From contig JACAFF010000022.1 of NCBI GenBank assembly GCA_013388455.1, forward strand, positions 41,866 to 105,865: a DNA stretch of 64,000 nt, read 5' to 3'. The translations under genes were made by a program, and so were the position numbers. Shown one piece after another: positions 56,368 to 64,000 of this stretch; position 1 is the stretch's first letter; each line of letters begins with the position of its first letter. Under the pieces are notes generated by a model that saw only the letters and a program-made list of their open reading frames with translations, did no database searches and was not told where the DNA came from. This DNA comes from Nitrospirota bacterium. GTDB lineage: Bacteria; Nitrospirota; Thermodesulfovibrionia; Thermodesulfovibrionales; SM23-35.

Positions 56368-56410
56368 TTAACCCGAATAATGCAATTGAATAATGCATTT
56401 TTCGGATTAA
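56368..56410. repeat. 43-bp palindromic unit equal to the joined outer ends of the MITE-like element (copy F, 'empty' form)
   Basis: TTAACCCGAATAATGCAATTGAATAATGCATTTTTCGGATTAA. Its reverse complement equals copy A with the TGCAGACATTG...CAACATC interior removed. Confidence 0.6.
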
Positions 56411-56541
56411 GTATCTCTTGATGATGTTAGCTTGAGATTCTTGAAACAAGGTTAGGGTAACATTATGGATATGATATGACTACAACCAATTAACAATGTG
56501 TATATAATTCCATAAAATACACATGAAAGGAGGTGATCAGA

Positions 56542-56699
56542 ATGAGTAATGCATTGAAAATGAGGAAACAGTTTATTCTTGATTCAAAAAAATTAAATCT
56601 GTCAGAGAAATTACAAGGGCAAAAACAGACACAGAAGCTGTAGACAAGGCATTAGATCTTGTGATATCAAACAGCAAAATAGAGAAAATGCTTATGTAA
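56542..56699 (+). pseudogene. vapB: VapB-type antitoxin, frameshifted in an A7 run
   Basis: GGAGGTG RBS then MSNALKMRKQFILDSKK|; the +1 frame continues KSVREITRAKTDTEAVDKALDLVISNSKIEKMLM*, typical of short antitoxins upstream of PIN toxins. Confidence 0.55.
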
Positions 56700-56730
56700 A
56701 TCAAGGGCAAGGGCTGTATAAAAGACGTTT

Positions 56731-57165
56731 ATGGTAGATTACCTCACTAAAGTTATCATTGATACCTCGATATACATTCCCTTTATTAATTCAGGAATTG
56801 CACATCCTGTACTTAATCTTGAATATAAACCATTGTTTTATATGAGTGCAGTAGTTGTTGAGGAGCTTTATGCAGGCGCCTTTGATAACAAGTCTATTAA
56901 ATGTTTAGACAGGATGTATGAAACTTTTGAAGATATTGGTCGCATAGTTGTTCCAGAGGCATCTGACTGGCAAAAAACAGGAAAGGTTATTACCAAGCTC
57001 GGCCAGAAATATGTCTTTGAAGAAAAATTTTTATTAAAAATAACTAATGATGTTTTGATTGCCCTTTCAGCAAGGCGAATCGGAGCAGTTGTAGTCACAT
57101 CTAATGTAAAAAATTTTTTAAGGATAAAAGAGTTTATAGATTTCAAGATGTATGGCGAAATTTGA
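56731..57165 (+). CDS. vapC: PIN-domain toxin (VapC family)
   Basis: Acidic quartet context IIDTS, VVEELY, TNDVLIA, TSNVKNF; 144 aa. Confidence 0.75.
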   Translation: MVDYLTKVIIDTSIYIPFINSGIAHPVLNLEYKPLFYMSAVVVEELYAGAFDNKSIKCLDRMYETFEDIGRIVVPEASDWQKTGKVITKLGQKYVFEEKFLLKITNDVLIALSARRIGAVVVTSNVKNFLRIKEFIDFKMYGEI

Positions 57166-57173
57166 AAGATAAT

Positions 57174-57284
57174 ATGGGAAAAGTATATAAAGACAAAAAA
57201 TCAAAAGGATGTGCTTTATGCAAGCCGCATAAGCATGGATGGACTCCAAAGAAGAAGATAAAGATCATTTTCATTGAAAAGTAG
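57174..57284 (+). CDS. 36-aa basic CxxC mini-protein MGKVYKDKKSKGCALCKPHKHGWTPKKKIKIIFIEK (not in ORF track)
   Basis: ATG 9 nt after the vapC stop; a GC.LCKPHK motif is what I recall from small conserved hypothetical proteins; weak RBS. Confidence 0.3.
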   Translation: MGKVYKDKKSKGCALCKPHKHGWTPKKKIKIIFIEK

Positions 57285-57509
57285 ATGGACAGGGAGATAA
57301 ATAAAGTAATCGGTAGTTCATCTAAGGAATAATTGTCTCTTGCATGAACAGAATAGTTTTTGAATGAATAACACAAACTTACATAAAAATCATTCTGCCC
57401 TTCAAGCCCACAACTGCCTTAACTCCTTAATAAATTTATACAATTTTATATGTAGTATAATAGATTGAATGTTTTTTAGTTATTTTATATAAATATAGCA
57501 ATTATTTTA

Positions 57510-57538
57510 TTGACATTTATAAATAATAATTATATATT
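57510..57538 (+). promoter_or_regulatory. sigma70-type promoter TTGACA-17-TATATT
   Basis: Same hexamers and spacing as the thi promoter; 30 nt upstream of the ATG at 57569, in an extremely AT-rich tract. Confidence 0.45.
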
Positions 57539-57568
57539 TTGAACATAATTTTAATATTTGGAACATTT

Positions 57569-57787
57569 ATGAAACAGGAAAGCAGGCATGAACGGTTTAA
57601 AAGAATAGCATCTAAACGTACTAACGAGATTCTTGAGAAGATAAGAATACTCGGAAATTGTTCGAATAAGAGTTCTTATGAATATACAGAAGCAGAGGTC
57701 AACAAAATTTTTAACGGGATTGATAAACAATTAAAACTGACAAAGGCAAAGTTTCTGGCATGGAAAAAGGAGAGGTTCAGGCTATGA
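57569..57787 (+). CDS. hypothetical small basic helical protein (72 aa)
   Basis: MKQESRHERFKRIASKRTNEILEKIRILGN...; first gene after the promoter. Confidence 0.45.
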   Translation: MKQESRHERFKRIASKRTNEILEKIRILGNCSNKSSYEYTEAEVNKIFNGIDKQLKLTKAKFLAWKKERFRL

Positions 57788-58046
57788 AGAAAAAGGGGTA
57801 ATAACTTTGAGTTACAAGAGAAAAGATAAATCAAAACAGCAAATATTAATGGTAAAAGAAAGTTTGTATAGCACTCCAAAGACAATTTATAAATATAAAG
57901 AAAAATTTGGAAAGAAGTAGATATTTCAAGATACCAGGCACAAAAATTGATTTATAACATAAAGCAATTAACGAATTACAGAAAAAAAACTTGCACAGAA
58001 TCCAAGAGATAATATTTAGTTGGAAGTTTTAAAAGAAGGAGGAGTG

Positions 58047-58310
58047 ATGGAACCTTACTTTGTAGAAATTAAAGATTATGAAACACGAGAAAGTGTAATT
58101 GTTGATATGGAAGGACCTTTTCATCCAGAGGATGAAAGAATCGGTGAACATATATATGGAGCTATACTTTTGATCGATGGTATTCCTTATCATTTTGAAA
58201 AATACATTCCTACAAAAGAAGAACTTATAACCTTTCAAGAAGAAAATGAGGGAGAATCACGGTTATCAGAGGGCAAATTTCTCTATAGACTTGTACCATT
58301 TACAAAATAA
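58047..58310 (+). CDS. hypothetical protein (87 aa, acidic)
   Basis: GAAGGAGGAG RBS before the ATG at 58047; no recognisable domain. Confidence 0.5.
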   Translation: MEPYFVEIKDYETRESVIVDMEGPFHPEDERIGEHIYGAILLIDGIPYHFEKYIPTKEELITFQEENEGESRLSEGKFLYRLVPFTK

Positions 58311-58433
58311 ACTGGTTATCGCTACACGAGATAAATGATTATCAATTTCTACAAGTATTTTTTTGACTGCTATGACTTCCATGAAATAAATGGACATATC
58401 CAAAGACAAGTAGGAAATACAAATAAGGAGGTT

Positions 58434-58742
58434 ATGGGGATGGAAGCATCGTTTTTATTGAAAAGAGTAGGCATAAATCCTGATGAACCTGTACTTTTGA
58501 TTACTGCAGGAGAAGCGTTGGAAAATCTTTTAGAAGCAGTTAATGAATATTATCCTGACTTAAAAATAGACAAAATGAAGAAAGAAGACATTATAGCTTT
58601 ACTTGATAGTTATAAAGATTGCGTTGTTCTTTATCATCCTGAAGCTTATCATCAAGAACGAGGTGCGTTATTAAAAAACTTTGAAATGTTAAAACGCTAT
58701 GGATTAACTGATGATGATTATGATTCTTTAGATTTCTATTGA
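58434..58742 (+). CDS. hypothetical protein (102 aa)
   Basis: AAGGAGG RBS before ATG 58434; no recognisable domain. Confidence 0.5.
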   Translation: MGMEASFLLKRVGINPDEPVLLITAGEALENLLEAVNEYYPDLKIDKMKKEDIIALLDSYKDCVVLYHPEAYHQERGALLKNFEMLKRYGLTDDDYDSLDFY

Positions 58743-58859
58743 AAGATGAGGAAAATAATTGTTCAAATCTCTCCATCACAAGACGGAATGACAAAGTATA
58801 GATTGGCATATAGCTCTCTTACTTGCATAGTAAATGTTTGCAATTAAAAGACAAAAAGC

Positions 58860-59349
58860 ATGATAACGGAAATTAAAAACATCCTCAATAGAATTGACTC
58901 AATCAAATTTGACCTTGACGGTTACCGTCCTTTTTCAGAACATGTTGTAAAACAACTGAAAGACTATTACCGCATTGGGCTGACATACACATCCAATGCA
59001 ATCGAGGGCAATACGCTTACAGAGTCGGAAACAAAGGTTATGCATAACAATAGGTGGGAAATCCCTGAGAGAACATTATGAGGCAATAGGACACGCAAAG
59101 GCTTATGACCATATTTACACTCTGATGGGCAGGCCGATATCAGAGGAAGATATTTTGTTTCTCCATAAGCTCTTTTTTCAGCAGATAGATTTTGAGAATG
59201 CAGGCAGATACAGACAGAAAAATGTCATCACCACAGGAACCGATTATCTGCCTCCTGATTATCAGGAAGTTCCTGAACTGATGAAAAAGTATATTGCGAA
59301 TTTAAATACGTATGTTGAAAATAAACACATCCTTGCTAAAAAAGAATAA
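58860..59349 (+). pseudogene. Fic/DOC-family protein, frameshifted and 3'-truncated before the HxFx(D/E)GNGR motif
   Basis: TYTSNAIEGNTLTESETKV then frameshift to ITIGGKSLREHYEAIGHAKAY...; the ORF ends in a TAA that is part of MITE copy D, and no Fic active-site motif is present. Confidence 0.7.
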
Positions 59350-59424
59350 TGCAGACATTGCTCAATAATTTCTTTAACTCGATAGGTATCGAAAAATAAA
59401 TTTTCTCACAACATCTGCATTATT
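59345..59424 (+). mobile_element. MITE-like element, copy D (inner core only, 80 bp)
   Basis: AATAATGCAGACATTGCTCAATAATTTCTTTAACTCGATAGGTATCGAAAAATAAATTTTCTCACAACATCTGCATTATT. Confidence 0.7.
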
Positions 59425-59513
59425 CATCCGTTTAAATACTATGTCCTGTCTATATCTTAAAAATTCATGAATGATATTGGTTAAATAAGACTTTATGGAC
59501 AAGGTAATCTTTT

Positions 59514-60395
59514 TTATGCCCTTGGGTGATGCTTTGAATAAACCTGCTTGAGCCTCTCAGCAGTGACTTTTGTATATATCTGTGTTGTCGATATGTCAGA
59601 ATGGCCAAGCATCTTTTGTAATGACCTTAGATCTGCTCCACCTTCAAGTAAATGTGTTGCAAAAGTGTGCCGCATAACATGAGGAGAAATTTGAATCCCG
59701 AGATTTCTGCCTAACTCCTTAATCGCCTGCCAGAAACGTTGTCTTGTCATCGGTCTGCCTCTATTAGTAATAAAAAGAAAAGGCGATTTCTTCTTTTTAA
59801 GGATTTTCAATCTCTGATGCACTAAATATTGTTTAATAGCTTCAACAGCCCTTAAGTTTACCGGCACAATCCTCTCTTTTGAGCCCTTTCCCATAACACG
59901 TAAAAATCCAGCCTCCAGATTAACATCTTCAAGTTTCAGAGATATGATCTCACTGACTCGCAAACCTGAAGAGTACATAAGTTCAAACATCACATGGTTT
60001 CTTACTGAAATGGCGTCAGATGCTTGTGACAAACTTGATTCAAGAAAAGCTCTTATATCAACAATGCTGAGTGACTTTGGAAGCCTTTCCCATCGCTTTG
60101 GTGATTTTAGGCTTTCTGAGGGGTCATCCTTTCTTAAGTCTTCAATAATAAGATATTTACATAAACCTTTTATTGACGACATTAATCTGCATATGCTTGA
60201 CAGTGAATAACCTTTATCTCTTAATGTTTCAATAAAGTCAATGATATCAGTTCTTGAGAAACTAATAAAATCCTTTTCTTTTGAAGTGAGAAAATTCTGG
60301 AATTTCTTTAAATCAAATTCATATGATTCAACAGAATTCATGGATAATCCTTTTTCTGCTGAAGCATATGATAGATAATTTTCAAGTATTTCCAT
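59514..60395 (-). CDS. tyrosine recombinase XerC/XerD family
   Basis: 293 aa; SAM-like N-terminal domain, R...HxxR...Y catalytic set (MRHTFATHLL, GHSDISTTQIYT). Confidence 0.88.
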   Translation of the reverse strand: MEILENYLSYASAEKGLSMNSVESYEFDLKKFQNFLTSKEKDFISFSRTDIIDFIETLRDKGYSLSSICRLMSSIKGLCKYLIIEDLRKDDPSESLKSPKRWERLPKSLSIVDIRAFLESSLSQASDAISVRNHVMFELMYSSGLRVSEIISLKLEDVNLEAGFLRVMGKGSKERIVPVNLRAVEAIKQYLVHQRLKILKKKKSPFLFITNRGRPMTRQRFWQAIKELGRNLGIQISPHVMRHTFATHLLEGGADLRSLQKMLGHSDISTTQIYTKVTAERLKQVYSKHHPRA

Positions 60396-60403
60396 GCTAA
60401 GAT

Positions 60404-61111
60404 TTAAGACTTATTATATATATTTTTTATTTCTTCTGTATATTCGCCACTTTCCTCGTAAATGTAAAGGGGTTTTTCTATTTTTAATCCAATTTTTCCT
60501 CCTTTTACTGATTCCAGCAAAACCATTTTTGCTTCTGTAGAAGGATTCGAATGAATGAAACGCAACCTTTTAGGCTCAAAATCATTTTTTCTTAGCGTCA
60601 CGAAAAGTTCAGAAAGTCTCCATGGATGGTATATTAAGCAAAACCGTCCTTTAGCTAACACTGTATTCGCTGCTGATTTAATGAGATCTGAGAGACTCAG
60701 ATTTATCTCGTGTCTCGCAATAGCTCTTTCTTCCTCAATATTTATGCGTCCGCTTTTGAGTCTTCTAAACGGAGGATTTGATACAATCAAATCAAATATA
60801 CTTCTTTTAGGAAGCATTTTTATATCAGTTTTTACAACACTCACCCTTTTTTCAAGTTTATTTAGCCGCACATTTTCTTCTGCAAGCTTTGCAAGACTTT
60901 CCTGTATTTCAAAGAGTGTAACATGTGCCTCAGGATATTTTCTTGCAAGTAAAATTCCAACAATGCCTGAACCTGCACCAAAATCAGCAATACTTTTTGA
61001 AGTTCTTAGATTTACAAAATCATATAGAAGCAGTGAATCTACAGAAAAACGGTATCCTGTTTTTGATTGATAGAGTTGTATATTGCAGATACTATCGAGC
61101 GTAATATTCAT
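60404..61111 (-). CDS. N6-adenine methyltransferase, TrmN6/YfiC-like
   Basis: DFGAGSG SAM loop, VSNPPF catalytic motif; start MNITLDS preferred. Confidence 0.75.
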   Translation of the reverse strand: MNITLDSICNIQLYQSKTGYRFSVDSLLLYDFVNLRTSKSIADFGAGSGIVGILLARKYPEAHVTLFEIQESLAKLAEENVRLNKLEKRVSVVKTDIKMLPKRSIFDLIVSNPPFRRLKSGRINIEEERAIARHEINLSLSDLIKSAANTVLAKGRFCLIYHPWRLSELFVTLRKNDFEPKRLRFIHSNPSTEAKMVLLESVKGGKIGLKIEKPLYIYEESGEYTEEIKNIYNKS

Positions 61112-61137
61112 AGGATACAAAACTTTTCAAGAAAACT

Positions 61138-62592
61138 TTATAAGACATTGTTTTCTTTAAGAATAGATAGGAATATTTCCACAATCTGAGGATCGAATTG
61201 TATGCCTGAATACTTTTTCAGCTCATTTACAGCATCATTGATCGAAAGTGCTTCTCTATAAGGACGGCTGGTTGTCATTGCACCGAATGCATCTGCAACA
61301 GCTATAATCCTTGCTCCAAGAGGAATATCTTCTCCTTTTAGACCATCAGGATACCCTGTTCCGTCAAAACATTCCTGATGATGCCTGATGATCTCTCTGG
61401 CGTATCTTAATGGTTCAACCTTTTCAATAAGCTTTGCACCGTTTGATGGATGTTTTTTAATGACATCCATTTCTTCTTCAGAAAGTTTACCTGGTTTCAT
61501 TAATATTCTATCTGGCACAGATATCTTACCAAGATCATGTAAAAGTGCTGCTTTTCTTATATTTTCAATCTCATCGTCTGGAAGTTTAAGTTTCTTAGCA
61601 ATCTCAACGGAGTATTCGGAAATATCTTTCATATGCTTATCCGTATATTGATCCCTTGCCTCAACAACACCTGAAAGCGTTATGATTGTAGAAAGATAAG
61701 ACTGTTCAAGTTTCTCGTAAAGGCGCGCATTTTCAATAGCAGCAGCAGCCTGCCCGCTCAAAACAGAAATTAGCTCCAGATCTGAAGTAGTAAACGGATC
61801 TTGAGTGCTGATCCTGCAAATACATAGAAGCCCTATCATCTTACTCCTTATAGTTAAAGGCACAAAGATAGCTGATGATATTTCTTCAAGCATCCTGATC
61901 TTTTCAAGCTCTAAAGGAACTTTCTTATCAGGACTTATAAGATAAGGTTTTTTCTCTTTTGCAATTAATGAAGTAATAATATCGGAATATTCATGTCCAA
62001 AATCTCTTACAAATTGTGAAGTTAATCCATACCATTCTTTTATAGTCATCCGAGAATTGGCTTCATCTATCAATGCAAGCCATACCTTATCAGCATGTGT
62101 TTCCTTCACTGCAATATCAACGATTGATTTAAGGAGCCTTTTCGGGTCAACCTCTCCTATAATCTCTTTGCTCACTTCAAAAAGAGGCATTAAAGCCCGC
62201 ATTCTGATATTTTCATTGAGCAACTTAATCTTTTCCAGTGCTTCGGTTACTGCCCCTATTAGTTCTGATGGAGTAAATGGTTTTAATAAAAAACCCTGAG
62301 CACCTAATCTCAAACTCTTTATTGCTATATCAAGGGTTCCATAACCTGTGATAATAATAATCGGTATCTCGTTATTTTTTGAGCGAACATGACTTACAAC
62401 ATCCAGCCCATCTATCTTTGGCATTTTGACATCTGTTAATATCAGGTCAAATTTTTCCTTTTCCAAAAGATAGATGCCTTCCTCTCCATTAGAGGCAGTT
62501 TTCACATTATATTGAAACTTCGTCAGGATATCTTCAGAGAGACTTCTTATAGAAGCCTCATCATCTATAACAAGTATATTTTCTCTATCCAA
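61138..62592 (-). CDS. response regulator with REC-GAF-HD-GYP domains (c-di-GMP phosphodiesterase type)
   Basis: REC (DDEASIR...DLILTDVKMPK), central GAF-like region, HD (LHDLGK), HHQECFDGTGYPDGL = HD-GYP signature. Confidence 0.88.
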   Translation of the reverse strand: MDRENILVIDDEASIRSLSEDILTKFQYNVKTASNGEEGIYLLEKEKFDLILTDVKMPKIDGLDVVSHVRSKNNEIPIIIITGYGTLDIAIKSLRLGAQGFLLKPFTPSELIGAVTEALEKIKLLNENIRMRALMPLFEVSKEIIGEVDPKRLLKSIVDIAVKETHADKVWLALIDEANSRMTIKEWYGLTSQFVRDFGHEYSDIITSLIAKEKKPYLISPDKKVPLELEKIRMLEEISSAIFVPLTIRSKMIGLLCICRISTQDPFTTSDLELISVLSGQAAAAIENARLYEKLEQSYLSTIITLSGVVEARDQYTDKHMKDISEYSVEIAKKLKLPDDEIENIRKAALLHDLGKISVPDRILMKPGKLSEEEMDVIKKHPSNGAKLIEKVEPLRYAREIIRHHQECFDGTGYPDGLKGEDIPLGARIIAVADAFGAMTTSRPYREALSINDAVNELKKYSGIQFDPQIVEIFLSILKENNVL

Positions 62593-62704
62593 ATGAGCAC
62601 ATCTCCAAAATAACTAAAACTTTTATACCATAAGAATCTACAAATTATCAATTTTTATGCCATATTAGCACAAGCTATAACTCTAATTAAAAAAAGTTTA
62701 TCTA

Positions 62705-62820
62705 AAGCCGAAAAATGCAGACATTGCTCAAAAATTTCTTTAATTCGATAGGCCCCTTCGTCCCACTTGGCAAGGGAGGAATTAACATCTGCATTATTTT
62801 AAATGCATTTTTAGGTTAAC
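62705..62820 (+). mobile_element. MITE-like element, copy E (variant interior)
   Basis: AAGCCGAAAAATGCAGACATTGCTCAAAAATTTCTTTAA...TTAACATCTGCATTATTTTAAATGCATTTTTAGGTTAA. Confidence 0.65.
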
Positions 62821-62852
62821 TATAAAGACAGGCAAATGGCATTAAAAGTTTT

Positions 62853-62888
62853 ATAAAAAAGGCCATACAAAAATGCATGGCCTTTTTA
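62853..62888. terminator. bidirectional intrinsic terminator downstream of atpC
   Basis: AAAAAA-GGCCAT-acaaaaatgc-ATGGCC-TTTTT; A-run and T-run flank the stem. Confidence 0.65.
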
Positions 62889-62916
62889 CAAAATAATAAA
62901 AAAACTAAACTAAAAT

Positions 62917-63324
62917 TTATCCTGTTTTTCTCTGTGCTATCTGTATTCTTGTAACAGCCCTTTCAAGAGATGAAGTTGCCCTTGCAAAATCAAACTCTTC
63001 TAACTTTTTGAGCCTCTCTTCTGCCCTCTTCATTGCGGCTTTCGCTCTTTCAACATCTATATCTTCAGCTTTTTCTGCACTGTCAGCAAGGACTAAAACT
63101 CTATCAGGACCAGCCTCAGCATATCCCCAGTTGACAAAAACATATTTAACTGTATTACCGATCTTGTAAGCAAGCATTCCTATCTTAAGGGTAGTAAAAA
63201 AGGGGACATGCCCCGGTAACACACCAAATTCACCTTCACTTCCTGAACAGACTACTTCGTCAACTTCTTCACTTATTACAAGACCGTAAGGGGTAACAAC
63301 TTCAAGTTTTAACTTTGTCTCCAT
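62917..63324 (-). CDS. atpC: F0F1 ATP synthase epsilon subunit
   Basis: 135 aa; LKLEVVTPYG...GEFGVLPGH motif, C-terminal helical hairpin. Confidence 0.93.
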   Translation of the reverse strand: METKLKLEVVTPYGLVISEEVDEVVCSGSEGEFGVLPGHVPFFTTLKIGMLAYKIGNTVKYVFVNWGYAEAGPDRVLVLADSAEKAEDIDVERAKAAMKRAEERLKKLEEFDFARATSSLERAVTRIQIAQRKTG

Positions 63325-63350
63325 GAACTATTCTCCCTTTGTTCTTTACT

Positions 63351-64000
<650 letters not shown>

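Noticed and set aside
56219-56449. 76-aa minus-strand ORF in the Lon-vapB intergenic region
   Set aside because: Runs across the palindromic repeat unit and AT-rich junk, with no RBS; more likely non-coding.

Overview
64-kb chromosomal segment from an AT-rich anaerobic bacterium. Gene content (rubrerythrins, flavodiiron protein, 2-oxoacid:ferredoxin oxidoreductase, multihaem cytochrome, KatG/PerR) suggests a Thermodesulfovibrio/Nitrospirota-like or similar sulfate-reducer lineage, but this taxonomy is only inference. Gene blocks in order: (1) a TPP-riboswitch-controlled thiE-thiC-thiD operon. (2) Housekeeping genes radA, rnr, mazG, lipA, an aminotransferase and hom, plus an MshN/MshM-like TPR + ExeA-type ATPase pair. 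(3) A MoeB/ThiF-like E1 gene and a JAMM protease gene separated by a ~6-kb katG-perR stress cassette that is bounded by inverted gene remnants. (4) An operon of ThrC-like PLP enzyme, MoaD/ThiS-like GG-terminal sulfur carrier, NIL-domain protein, bona fide ThrC and an ApgM-like protein; I read this as a thiocarboxylate-dependent homocysteine route coupled to threonine synthesis. (5) nth and a gene-decay zone. (6) A MacAB-type ABC efflux operon. (7) A YdbH/YdbL AsmA-like envelope lipid-transport pair. (8) A two-subunit 2-oxoacid:ferredoxin oxidoreductase operon headed by a degenerate REC-PAS pseudo-kinase. (9) A ~12-kb redox/oxidative-stress island with ferritin-like proteins, ferredoxin, nitroreductase, flavodiiron protein, rubrerythrin, an octahaem HAO-like cytochrome and an Isf-like flavoprotein. 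This island contains two radical SAM/SPASM enzymes, and the first is followed by an unannotated 20-codon Cys-rich ORF, my top candidate for a novel RiPP-like system. (10) lpxL-like and Lon-like protease genes, a decayed mobile/defence patch (frameshifted vapB, vapC, three orphan small genes, Fic pseudogene), xerC/D-like, an N6-methyltransferase, a REC-GAF-HD-GYP regulator and atpC/atpD. A previously unnoted MITE-like inverted-repeat family (core AATAATGCAGACATTG...CAACATCTGCATTATT, outer ends TTAACCCGAATAATGCA) occurs at least 7 times, often exactly at gene stop codons. I recognised no rRNA, tRNA or CRISPR array.
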